The notes under the pieces: generated by a model
Seen by the model: only the letters and a program-made list of their open reading frames with translations
Database searches by the model: none
Told to the model about the DNA's origin: nothing
NCBI GenBank assembly: GCA_951406725.2
Contig: OX597833.1
Coordinates: forward strand, 32,054,001-32,118,000
Reading direction: 5' to 3'
Source of the DNA: Octopus vulgaris
Taxonomy: Eukaryota
Length of the DNA stretch: 64,000 bases
In this document: piece after piece, positions 12,840-26,180 of the stretch
How the letters are laid out: every line of letters starts with the position of its first letter
Numbering within the stretch: position 1 is the stretch's first letter
Translations under genes and position numbers: made by a program

Positions 12840-14933
12840 ATACATACATACATACATACATACATGCATATATATATATATATATATACATTCGTGAGCC
12901 GCGGGCGCGCCTGGGGTGCGGCCGGCTCCATATGCGTGCGTGTGTGTGTGTTGTGTGTGTTTGTGTGTGTGCGTGTGTATGCGTGTGTGTATACATACAT
13001 ACACACATACATGCATGCATGCACGCGCGCACACATACATACCTACATACACACACGTACACATACTTACACACATACACACATACATACATACATACAT
13101 ACACACATACGCACACACATACATACCTACACACATACATACATACACACACACATAAACACACACATATACACACACATACATACATACACAAGACATA
13201 CATACATACATACATACAGACATACATCCATACACTCACACATACATACATCCACACCCACATACACACGCACACGCATACATACATACATTACGCCCAC
13301 ACAACTCCAGAGGAAACCCCACGCACACACACATACATTCACACACACACACATACGTACACACACATACATACATACATACATTCATACTTTCATTCAT
13401 ACATACATACACACACACACACAAACATACACATACACACACACATACATACATACACACATACATACACACATACATACACACATACATACACACGCAT
13501 ACACACATACATATACACACATACATACACACACATACATACACACACACACATAAACGCACATACACATATACATACACTCATACATACACACACACAT
13601 ACATACGCACATGCATGCATACATACATACATACACACACATACACACATACACGCATGCACACATACATACATACATACACACACATACACACATGCAC
13701 ACATACATACATACACACACAATACATACATGCATACATACACACACACACTTACACACATACACACATACATACATACATACATACACACATACACACA
13801 CATACATACATACATACACACATACATACACGCACACACACATACACACATACACATACACATACACACACATACTTACATACACTCATACGGACATACA
13901 CACAGACATACACACATACACACTAACACACACATACCTACATACACACACACATACCTACATACACACACACATACCTACATACACACTCGCATGCACA
14001 CGCGCACACATGCATGCGCGCGCGCACGCACACATACATACATGCATGCACGCATGCCTGTGGGGTCTGGCTTTATTTCGGGCGCACGTCGGAGCGTGTG
14101 CGTGTGTGCCTGTAGATTCGCATGCGCCCGCACCGCAAGAGTCTTTTCCATCAGTCTTTCAGTTGCGAAGTGTGTCCTTGCATGCATATATATACATACA
14201 TATAAACATATAAACACACATATAAACCCCTACATTTGTACACACACGCACATACATACATACATTCACTCCCACGCACGTACACACACACATTTACATA
14301 TATATACAATACACGCACACACACATACACACATACAAACACACACTAATTCACACACACACTGACACATATACATACACACAGCATATACCTCCACGCG
14401 CACACACACATACACCTACGTATACACATATAAGCACAGACACACACATACATACGCACACCAAAACATACGCACACATATGCACGCACACGCGCAAAAA
14501 GAAACTCACAACCCCACGGATACACGCATATGCATCCATTTACGATTACACACACACACATACAAACGCACACATACACGCACACACAACTACACGCACA
14601 TACATACACACGCACACACACAAATGAACCCACACATACATCCTATACGGCACACAACCATACATACACGCACACAATTATACATACGTATATATACACA
14701 CACACGCACGTACAAGCACACACGCACACCTACACTAAGTTAAGCACAGTTACTCGCCATACACACAAAAAAGCGCACACGTACACACACACATACTACA
14801 ACAAAACACACACACGATACATATACACGCACACACACATACCTCCCTGTTTCTGACCTGCCTTTCTGACTTGCTAGGGTACCCCCACACCACCCCTTAA
14901 TTCTACTACTGCCTGCTACTAGCCATTGTCCAC

Positions 14934-14970
<37 letters not shown>

Positions 14971-15000
14971 ACACACACGTACACACTCACACACACACAC
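12840..15000. repeat. ~2.2-kb degenerate (CA)n/(TACA)n microsatellite field
   Basis: Direct reading; explains the His/Thr/Tyr-rich pseudo-ORFs, including the 521-aa one. Confidence 0.95.
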
Positions 15001-15172
15001 TTGTCATCTTGCACACCTTTTTTACCATTCCTTCTTTGATATAACTCTCTTGTTTTTAAAAACATTTTCCTCCATTTTTACCACTTCCGTCGTTTTAGTA
15101 TGTGAACTCGTGAATACCACCGGCGATTTTTTTTCCTCTGTCCCCCCGTCTAGGGATCTTTCTTTCTCCTAT

Positions 15173-15206
15173 TTTTCCGACGAAGAGCTCCGCTCGAAAC
15201 GTCAAA
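15173..15206 (+). ncRNA. Minimal hammerhead motif of Penelope-like element terminus
   Basis: ttt-CCGACGA-agagctccgctc-GAAAC-GTC-aaa, followed by a T-rich tract and AATAAT. Confidence 0.6.
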
Positions 15207-15299
15207 CCCTCCTTCTTCCCTTCTTTCCTGAGCGTCCAATAATACTTTATTTGTTTCACATCCTTGCGTTGTTGTCTTTTTGTTTCCTTGTTTGGATTA

Positions 15300-15337
<38 letters not shown>

Positions 15338-15689
15338 TTCACGATCTTTTATTCCATTATTTTTTGTAAGGAAACAATGAAACTTCCATGATCATACTTT
15401 CTCAGATTATACGTGTTGTACATAATAAATACACAAAGAAGAAGTTCATTATAGATGAAAATAATAAGCGTCGTTATAAATTTTCGTCGATTATTTTCGT
15501 TCTCATATTGAGATGAATCATAACCTTCTTCGTAAGTTCTGCCGCAGAACTGAATCACGTGGTAAAAAAATTATGTAAACAATGTATACAAATGGATAAT
15601 TTAGCGGGGAAGAAAAAATATATAGTTTGTAAGTATGTATGTATAAGAACAGCCTATAACAGGAAGCAATCTAGAAGCACCTATATAGT

Positions 15690-16400
15690 CCCAAGCGTTC
15701 AACGCAAAAATAAAATTGAGTACATCCTAGTTGACAAACGATGCATATTGCAAAGACGTCTCAGTAGTAGCGTAATTTGACACAGGCGTTGATCATCGCT
15801 TGCTGCGAGCGAAGATCGTGATCAATAAAATTAAAGGGAAAAAGGCTATGCATATCTCATTGTAGAGTCAATGTGTGAAGCAGCTGCAGGAAGTTATCAA
15901 GAAGGAAATTTGGAATTAGCTTGAAGAACTGGATGAGAACTACAATTTGGCTGGTCCAGAAAATTAAAAACTGCATATGGAAAGCAGAAACTGCAAGCCA
16001 GCGGGAACCTGACGGAAGAATCTCGGAGGAGACGGAGAAAATGCTATAGAAACGGAAAACTATGAAGAGGAGTACAAAATATCGCTTCGAGTATTTCGTT
16101 ATTTGCAATGCGATCAGACATCTAAGAAAGGACTTCGAGAATTATAGACTGAGGAAATTGATGCAGGCTGCAGAAGAAAAGAAAAGTCTTAAAAGATGCA
16201 GGAGAGGGCTGAAACTCTGTAGGTCGGATGTGCAAGCAAATTTCCGTAGGGAGTATGGTAAGATAGATCACATATTCACATGGCTCATAGAACGATCAGA
16301 AGACTACAAGCTACCTTTGAGTATCACTTTTGTTGATTACGAAAAGGCCTGCAAGATGGCCAATATTAACCAGGTGATGGATATTTTTGGCGACACATTT
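15690..16400 (+). mobile_element. Degenerate, internally deleted RTE LINE fragment
   Basis: KNKIEYILVDK..DHRLLRAK (endonuclease C-terminal motifs) and QANFRREYGKIDHIF..FVDYEKA (RT). Confidence 0.75.
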
Positions 16401-17239
16401 ATCACTCTAACTTTTGCAAGGCGTTGACCGCAATAACCGTGGATTAAAAAGAGTTCATTCCTCGGGAATGAAACAGCTTCTTGTTCAGTCCCAAATCGCA
16501 TTTCAATCGTGCCAAACTTCTTTCCTCGACTGATGTAGGTCTTGTGCACACATACGCGTCAAGGCATTTTGAATCTAGGCCTCAGTAGCGTTTTCCACAC
16601 GGCGCGATTTTGCTCTGATATTTTCTATTACTCGGGTGGAGGGTTGAGGACTACTCGTCTCTCATTCTTTTTTTACAATTTGTTTGAGCAATTTTCATTC
16701 TTATTTATTTACGCAGAAACTTTGCACTCGCAAGAGAAATACCCTTTTCAGCATCTCTTGTGGTTGTAGTGATTGTAGACTTGGTATTGTTGTTGTTAGT
16801 GGAATTGTAAAATATATTGTTGAATTGTAGATTTGTTGAACTGTCAAAAGTTTTGAAGCTGCCAGCAAACAAAAGTGTGTTACCTTTAGCCTTTAAATTT
16901 GTGTTCGTTTTCACTAGCGTGGCGGTGATGTCATTACTGTAGTCAAGGCTGTGTCAGTAGTCTCTTGCTTTTGGGACATGGAACGCATCCCATCATGGAA
17001 CATTATAATTAATTCTTTTTCTGCCATGATTTAAAATATTTGTAAGATATCAAAATATTTGCTTTTTCAAGATAGTTTAAGATAGTTAAAAAGTATTGAT
17101 GTGTACCTCTTGCAAAACAAGGTGTGTCTCTAAACTGAAATGCTACAAGTGCAGACCAGAAAGCTGTACCAATAAAAATGAATGAATTGGGCCTTACAGA
17201 GCTCCTGGTTTCCGTGACTTTGCAGTATGGCGGTCTTAA

Positions 17240-18350
<1,111 letters not shown>

Positions 18351-18696
18351 TCTCTGATCGTGAGCAGAAGTAGTGGGGGAGCATCACAGCCATGTGTTGA
18401 GAGGAATTATTCTGATCGGGCAGAAGTAGTGGGGAGCATTTGGATAATTCACCTCTGGAAATATGGGTGTTTTGTTCAACGCTCTTAACCAACACTTTTG
18501 ACTGGGATGGCTACTTGACCTGAAGAAAATTCTAACTGCCCCCACCCAAGGTCATGCGCTGTTTATCTTGATATGAGATCACCATGTCGCGCAAATATGG
18601 TTGTGATGCATGTGTCTGGTGTACTCTTATTAGATGGGTATACTGGGCTTCGTATATTTTACCCCAGTGTCACTTTGATGGCACGCACTGTTCACC

Positions 18697-18749
<53 letters not shown>

Positions 18750-18841
18750 GCCAATCATGGTTAAGGTTTCCCGCCCGGCACGTCCGAAACTGCCCGCATC
18801 AGTTATCTGGTGAAGAAAAGTTTTGGTTGCGCGCACGCGCA

Positions 18842-20040
18842 TTAATAGAGTAAAATCAAAATTTTAATTGATTGTTGAATGTTTTGTCGAATGAGTGTTT
18901 CGTAGTAGTAGAATGCGCAGTTGCATTTGTATGTTTGTATGTTCTGTTGTTGTAGTTGAGAGTTGAAATATTGTTTAATGAAGTTATCTCCGTGTAGTCA
19001 TTTTTCGTCAGATATTTCTGGTGAGCCGACCCATTGTATGTCCGGTGTGTATGGAGTGTAATCAAAGTTACACATGGGTGTGATTTGGCCGTGTATGAGA
19101 CATGCCTGTGCAGATTGTTCTGGATCGAACTTGCATTTGTTGTGTTGGTTTTCTATATCTCTTATGCATGCCATGGCTAGGTCGTCGTATTTGTCTTTAT
19201 TGTATGTCAGTAGTGTGTCGTATTTAAATCTTTTCGGTGTGGTTTCAAGTTCTTGTAGTTTTCTTTTTACTTTGTTGATGTTTCTTTTCGTGTTAGGAGA
19301 GTCGTAGCCAGATGGTATAATGGTATATAAGTCTGATGTTGGTGGTGTGTTGTCTGAAATGTATATGTCAGTGTATTTGTGGTCTATGTATTTGTCTATG
19401 TATGATTTCTATATCGTGGGCTTAGTTCTATTTTGCCCCATTCTTTTAGTTGAGGCATTGATCTGTGAGTGACGTAGTAAAAGAGTCTATTTTTTATGGT
19501 TTGTTCGTCTTGTGGGACGACTCTTCATGGTTCTGTGATGCTAGTCGATAGGCTCGGCGTTCTTTAGAGGATACGTTCCTGTTGATGCTTGACGTTTATG
19601 TAAGTGTCTGTTCCTTCGAGAATGCACTTGCCCTCTTCTACGTTGTTGTTTGTAAACCACATTTCATCTGTGTAGATCATTGGTTTATCTATGCAACTGC
19701 CGAATGTGAAACTGTTGGCAGCTTGGCATCTCATGCGTCCGCTGTTCATGAGTCCGTTACGTATCGATCGCAATATATATGTGTAAGGAGTTAGGTTGTC
19801 TTGGAAGACGATGTTGAAGGCGTTTTTTTCGCAGTCTTGTTCTGATGTAGTCTGCATCTTGATCAGTTTCGAGTGTTTACGAATGTTTTCGGTGTATTTA
19901 TAGGTGTGATCGTACCAGTGTTCAATGGCATTGCTGCCAGTGGGCGTGTCTTATTTGTTAACAAAGTGCCTGGAAATGTATTTGAGTGGTCGTTTTGTAT
20001 CTTCATTGTGTTGTATGGTCTGCCCTATTTTTCTATTTTT
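18842..20040 (-). pseudogene. NS1: NS1 remnant: superfamily 3 helicase plus C-terminal region; no N-terminal HUH nuclease motifs seen and Walker A deleted
   Basis: TYILRSI (tail of Walker A), FTFGSCIDKPMIYTDE (Walker B), VEEGKCILEG..INVKHQ (B'), TPSLSTS (C-like), KNRLF (Arg finger); a frameshifted C-terminal frame continues through one TGA to TAA at 18842. Confidence 0.85.
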
Positions 20041-20097
20041 AACCGCTGTACCGCGTAAGTGCCTGCTTGGGTGTGTCACTGAATGTTGAGGGAAATT

Positions 20098-21672
20098 TCA
20101 ACCTGGGGTAACTACTTCAGCTACGTCTGGGTCTATTGTTGCAATGACTTGTGAGTGGTTGAATTGTTCGTATTTGCATACGATTTCGATGTAGTAGGTG
20201 AGGTCGAAAGTGAAGTAGATAACTGGTTGTGTATTGTTCGGCCTGAGTATGACTGGTACGTTAATTAGTTGATGTCTTCTTGTAGTTGATGTCTGCTTGT
20301 CCTGGCTCTCTTGCTCTTCTTCTGACTTCTTCGAAGCCTTCTTTAATCTCTGTTGAATGGCTGCCGACGAACGGTGCTGTACCTGTGTCTAAACCTCCGT
20401 CCCATGTCATGTCGACGTTTACATTTCTTTCCCAATTAAATGCGTCTCCGAATGTGTTTGTGAGTCCCGATACGGTGTAGTTGGTGTTTTGTGTGAAATT
20501 TGTTAGACCTATTTCTAATCTGGAAGGGTTTTCCCAAAGTGTTGGAAAGTGTCACCTTGTCGTAGTGTTTTTTTTTTATCTCATGTCTCTCCAGTCGTGT
20601 AATGAAAGCAGGTACATTTAAGTTTTCTTGTTTTCTCCTTCCATTTTTGTATCTGGTGTGTATTTGTTTATGAGATGTGTCGGTGCGCAGTATGTAAGTT
20701 CGTACGTCGGTAATTCGAGGTTTGTGTAAGTGGTTGGTTCTGTGAGTCTTAATCCTTGGTTAGGTAGTTTTGATATTGATTTTAGGTTGCCGTGATCTAT
20801 GTATTTTCCTGTGTCTACGTATATTTCGAAGTAAGGTGTGAGAGAATCGACGAAGATTTCTTCGTTGTTTCTTGTTGTCCATTCTCCGCACATGATGTCG
20901 TCTATTTTGAAGCCTTGTTTGGTTATTCTGTACGACGTCGCCATTTGTGTCATTGCTTCCCATTGTGAGGGTTTTATTCATGATGTCATTTAGTAAGGGA
21001 CGATGTAGTCTTTGGATTTTGCGGTTCCTTTGCAGTAATGTCCGATGTTGTGGTAGGTTTTTTCGCCTGTAGAGTCGAATTTTTCAAACTCGATTTTTGC
21101 TTGGTTCATGTCTGTGGTTCTGATTGAGCTTCTGAACGTGCGTGACACGATAAATTTTCTGGTAAAGTTTCCGGAGTCGTCTTGGATTCCTGTTGATTGC
21201 ACGTTTGTGTTCGCATGGCTGGGTTGCGCAGCGACTGCAGCGTTTGCGTTGTTTTGCGTGTTGTCCATAACTTGATTATGGACAGGGTTAGGAAAGAGAG
21301 AACGATAAGTATCTGAATAGTCCGGTCTGAAGATTTGATCGAGTCCAAGATTGTGTTTAGCGTAGATAATTCCTGCTGATACGAGTCTCAGTGGGCCTTG
21401 TTGTATTGCTCCGTTGATGAATTGTTTGTCTGCGTCAGTAGTATCTTTTTGAGGGTCGGTGTAGTGTAGGTCATGGACTTTTGCTAGTCTGTTTAGTTCG
21501 TTTAGAGGTTCTTCGTTTATTTTTTTCGAAGATGTGTGTTCCGGGTCCTAGAAAATTTGTAGCCAGGTGGGTGTAATTCGTATGTTTCTTCTTTTAGAAG
21601 ATCGTCGAATTCTTTTTCGATTCTTTTGCTTTTGATATCTGGCTTCTCCTCCTGATGTTTTATTGGTGGCAT
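20098..21672 (-). pseudogene. VP1: Parvoviral capsid gene: VP1-unique PLA2 domain plus major capsid protein, with frameshifts and stops
   Basis: ATG at 21672 (MPPIKHQEEK..). HPPGYKF/LGPG Ca-binding loop at 21540-21561 with a 1-nt insertion. NELNRLAKVHDLHY..DADKQF catalytic HDxxY at 21461-21475. Runs in frame into ORF 21268-20990, then IVPY*..IKPSQWEAM..YRITKQGFKI, FEIYVD, TLRQGDTF (20551-20565) and IYFTFDLTYYIEIVC. Confidence 0.85.
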
Positions 21673-21689
21673 GGAAAAAGTATAAATGA

Positions 21690-21719
21690 TACTGTCACTG
21701 GTTTCCAGCGGTTTTTATA
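21690..21719 (-). promoter_or_regulatory. Putative viral capsid promoter (TATA box plus initiator)
   Basis: TATAAAAA at 21719-21712, followed by CAGT/TCATT initiator-like motifs and the ATG at 21672. Confidence 0.6.
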
Positions 21720-21784
21720 GTGCGGCACCTTTTTCTACCAGCGCCAGCACTTTCACTAAGGTGTCTCTCCCTAAGTAATTGAAT

Positions 21785-23403
21785 TCGATTAAGAAGGGAA
21801 AGGCAAGAAACTAGGAAAAATTGAGCAATGGTTAAGAGGAACCTGGTAAAATGGGAAAAAGACCGAACGAGAAAAATTAAGGAAGAAGTGTAAAATACGG
21901 AAGAACGGGTTTGATACAGTAATAGAGCAGTTAAAATAGAGGATCATGGCAAAAAGCCAGAAGATCAGAAGATTTGTGAACAGAAATAAGCAGATCGAGG
22001 AGAACAGATTGTTAAAAAATAACCCGAAGTAATTCTTCCGAACGTTAGAAGGAGACAATGGGGAAAACGTTGTTCTTGATTTTGGAGCTGAATGACATTC
22101 TACACAGAGAAATGAAAGTCAATGTTGGCGAGGCGTATAAAAAAAAAAGGTGAAGATGGTGTTGAAATCCAACCCGAATGCCAAACATTTGATTACCGCA
22201 ATGAATATCTGGGCATTTGCGGTGGTCAGATACAGTGCGTCCATCCTCGAATGGACTAAGGAGGAAATATCCACACTGGATAGAAGGACAGGAAAATTGA
22301 TGACGCTGCATGGGGCGCTACATCCTAAAAAAAACTTAAACAGACAGTATATGAAAAGAAAGACTGGTGGCAGAGGACTAATTAGTATAGACCATTGTAT
22401 AAGGAACAAAAGCAGAACGCTTGCCGAGTATTTGATGAATAGTGGTGAAGACCTGCTGCAATATGCTGCGAAAGTGTAAATGCAGATGAAATGATGGAAA
22501 GGAAGAGTTTAACCAAAGAGCTGAGGAGATGAGCAAAGATGACCTTGAAATGAGAATGCATGGACAGTTTGAAAGGAATACACAGGACGTTAAGGATAAT
22601 ACAGCACCGTGGGTATGGCTTGAGCAAGATTTGAAGCGTACCACCGAAAGCCTGATCATTGCTGCACAAGATCAGGCTTTCGCTACCAATTCAGTGAAGT
22701 ATAACGTCTATAAAACTTCTGACACCCAGAAATGCAGACTCTCTGGAAAGAGTGTGGAAAATGTGACTCACTTGGTAAGTGGATGTGAGAGCCTTGCACT
22801 AAAAGAATACAAGCGTCGCCACAATAAAGTGTGTGTATATCTTCATTGGTTCTTATGCCTTAAATACCGATATGAAGTAACAGAGAACTGGTATGAGCAT
22901 GTACCAAGTAAAGTTATGCAGGAGGATGTAAAAGTAACGATACTCTGGGACTATGATTTTCAGACGGATTGTGTAATCGAACACCGTCGGCTGGATATTG
23001 TCATATTGAATAAAAGAGACAAATACTGTCAGATCATTGATGTAGCCATACCAAATGCCATGAATAGTGTGAGTAAAGAGGTTGTAAAGAAATCAAGTAC
23101 TCCGAATTGAAAGTGGAAATGGCAAGACTTTATCGAATGGGAGAATGTAATGTAAAAGTGATACCAGTTGTGATCGGAGCATCGGGCTCAACCCCATTGA
23201 AACTTCAAGACTTCTTAAGGCAACTGGAAATCCCATACAAGATTGATGTCTTGCAAAAAGTAGCCTTGTTGGACACAGCACACATCTTAAGGAAAACTTT
23301 ATCTGTCTGAGATCCTTGTTGTGACTTGACAGATGACTAAAGACTCCGGTGCATTTTTACCTACACTGTGTTACAAAGGAATAATAATAATAATAATAAT
23401 AAT
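21785..23403 (+). mobile_element. 5'-truncated, RT-deleted R4/Dong-like RLE non-LTR retrotransposon with (TAA)n tail
   Basis: Pre-RT segment KIRRFVNRNKQIEENRLLKNNPK joined to post-RT AMNIWAFAVVRYSA, GGRGL, AAQDQA, KCRL..ENVTHLVSGC, RHNKV, RLDIVI..IIDVAIP; tail at 23380-23403. Confidence 0.9.
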
Positions 23404-24504
23404 GAACTAGTGATACTATAAGATATATTTTTCATAGTATTTTCGTGTTCCGACCCCTTTCTAACACATACTAATAAGGAAGCCCTCATGTGATTAGTGT
23501 CTTATGGAAAATAGTGGCTTAGTTGTCATAAAATCACACTCTACCGTGCCATCACAAAAATGGACACGAATTGATATAAAAGTGAGTCGAGTTCCAGTTG
23601 TGAATATGTTGATGCTACTTCCGAATAATGAGTTTTCTTAAAACTCGAACATGTTGACAATATTGATGAACATCAGAGTCTGTTGATTGGTCAATTTACG
23701 AAGTGCCATTGTGACGAGATTATAATATAACAGCGAATCAGGTTTTCATGCACGATGGTTCGTTGTCTTCACCAACTTGACTACCTCTACGAGAATTTTA
23801 TCTGCTTGTTCTTTTTCTGTTATCATTTGACAACCAGGTGCACCTTTTGTGTCTTCTGATGCAACGAAATTATTAATCTTGGTTTTATATAGTCTTTGTT
23901 AAGCTAAAATCTTGAATGTGGGTTTGAGTGGAGTGATAATTAGGTTGTAGGGTGGATTGGTTCTCCAAAACACGAAAGGTGTTTTGGAGGAACTTTTATT
24001 GATTAAATCCGGGTTTATGTTATTGTTTTGGATTTATTTACGCATGTGGAACTTTGCAAGCAAGTGTGTATATTAAGGAGTGTCAGCCTCAGGTCATGAG
24101 TTTATTTTTTAGTGGTTCACAGAAAAGGGTGTACGTAGGTGTAGGACGCTCTTTTTTCATCAGCGGATGTACCAGTAGTTTTAGGTACTTTTAGTTCTAT
24201 TGAATTTAATCTTTGTTTTGATAATGTAAACGCCGAAAGTCCAAAGCTTAGTACAGTATTAAAAAAAACAAAACTCAGTAGTTGAGTGCGTCAACTTTTT
24301 CTGATGGAATTATTTTAAGGGCTCATAAAAGAATGTAAATAGGTCGTATGCTTTAATTAGCCAATTTGTTTGATTGCTATTGTTGTTATTTAGGGCATTT
24401 CCTGTTTGTATCTGGACAGTGGGAGTTATTAGTAAGGCCTGTCATGGTGTTGTTAGTATAAAAATGTGTTCATCTTGTGCTTTGATGTACCCAAGAGGAT
24501 GTGG

Positions 24505-24598
24505 GTAAGTGTAATGGTTGTTTGTCAGTAAGTGTAATGGTTGTTTGTCAGTAAGTGTAATGGTTGTTTGTCAATAAGTGTAATGGTTGTTTGCCAGT
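24505..24598 (+). repeat. Minisatellite, 4 x 23 bp (gtaagtgtaatggttgtttgtca)
   Basis: Head-to-tail copies without spacers. Confidence 0.9.
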
Positions 24599-25368
24599 AT
24601 GTTTCTCTGTAGAGCAATTGGATTAATATGTAGAGATTTTAACATTTGTGTTTTATGGAGGCAGAGTTTTTGAAATGTGTTTATAGATATTTCTCCCATT
24701 CTGTTTCAAACGTGGGTGTTTTATAATATACTATTTTAGGCCTATGAATATATGCGAAAATGAGGCGTTTTAAAAAGTGTATATATACTCATGTATAAAA
24801 ATGGGAATAAAATAAAGTTGAATTTAGAAAATTGATTTAAAAATTTAAAATGAGACATTAAAATAAACAATAATAAAAAAGGAAAATTAAAAAAGAAAAT
24901 GGTTTTCCAACTTAACTTTCTTCTATACAAATATATATTTATGTGAGTGTATGTAGATTTATGCACGTATATTAGAAAATCTTTTGAAAGGATTTTGGTT
25001 GGTGAAATATTTAGATAATTTCTACAGTACTTGTTTAGTGTGAAGCTGTAAAAAATGTCTTTTATATATATTATGGGAAAAGGTTATGATGTAGGTAGAA
25101 GGAGAGAAGGTGATGAGATATCTACATGTTTAGTCCTTAGAAAAAATTATTGGTTTTAAAATGTTTAAGTGTTTTTAAGATTTTGTACAAGTATGAAGAG
25201 ACTAGCTCAGAATTTCGGTTCACAATTTGACTCTTGAATGTGAGAATGTGGTAGGATTCATTAGCACAAAATTGGCAGGGTTTGTTGTTACCATGGTATG
25301 GCTGTGCGTGTGAGAGTATTTTCTAATTGATGCTAAACGGAGTATTTTTTGAGTTTAATGTCCATATA

Positions 25369-25770
25369 GGCGCAGGAGTGGCTGTGTGGTAAGTAGCTTG
25401 TTTACCAACTACATGGTTCCGGGTTCAGTCCCACTGCGTGGCACCTTGGGCAAGTGTCTTCTACTATAGCCTCGGGCCGACCAAAGCCTTGTGAGTGGAT
25501 TTGGTAGACGGAAACTGAAAGAAGTCCGTCGTATATATGTATATATATGTATGTGCGCGTATGTTTGTGTGTCTGTGTTTGTCCCCCTAGCATTGCTTGA
25601 CAACCGATGCTGGTGTGTTTATGTCCCCGTCACTTAACGGTTCGGCAAAAGAGACCGATAGAATAAGTACTGGGCTTACAAAGAATAAGTCCCGGGGTCG
25701 AGTTGCTCGATTAAAGGCGGTGCACCAGCATGGCCGCAGTCAAAATGACTGAAATAAGTAAAAAGAGAGA
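25369..25770 (+). mobile_element. Full-length tRNA-derived SINE (octopod-like family)
   Basis: ggcgcaggagtggctgtgtggtaag (A box), gggttcagtccc (B box), internal microsatellite, A-rich tail; near-identical to 61260-61650. Confidence 0.9.
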
Positions 25771-26180
25771 AAAAAAAAGAGATATGTTTACATATTTTTC
25801 CTGTTTGGGTTACGAAAAGTGTGCGTGTGTTTGTTGTATCGTGTCTTGAACTGGTTTCCTGTTGATCCTATATATAGTAGTTGGTGCCGTGTTCGTGGTT
25901 ACTATTACGCTATATACGATATTTCTTAATCTCAAATATGGTAACAAGGAAAAGCATCACAGTTTGGAAGCAACTGGAAATTGATGGACGCAAAGCGTAA
26001 AAGGGCAAGACTTATAACGATAAAGTTTTTAGTGGAAGTCGAGGGTCACCAATTGTAACGGTTAAGTTTTTATTAGCGTGGTTACCAATTGCAACGGTTA
26101 AGATTGATTAGGTACACAATAATATGAAATGTCGGAGTCAGAAGTTCTGACGATAAAAGTTTGTTGTTATAACGGCATGT

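Larger units (their letters stand above)
18750..21780 (-). mobile_element. Endogenous parvovirus/densovirus-like viral element (EVE)
   Basis: PLA2, jelly-roll capsid and SF3 helicase motifs all on the minus strand; that strand is A/C-rich and unlike the flanks. Confidence 0.9.

Noticed and set aside
12800-14365. 521-aa His/Thr-rich ORF and overlapping ORFs
   Set aside because: Translation of a CA/TACA microsatellite; several frames on both strands are open
16430-17000. Possible LINE ORF1-like remnant (YISRGKKFGTIEMRF) on the minus strand
   Set aside because: Single short motif in an interrupted frame; cannot be assigned without a search
19074-20480. Plus-strand ORFs suggesting an ambisense viral genome
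   Set aside because: They are antisense shadows; all viral motifs are on the minus strand
24505-24598. CRISPR-like 23-bp repeats
   Set aside because: No spacers, no cas genes, eukaryotic context
23410-25360. Possible minus-strand degenerate LINE (KGAPG-like motif near 23840)
   Set aside because: Too decayed to support a call by eye
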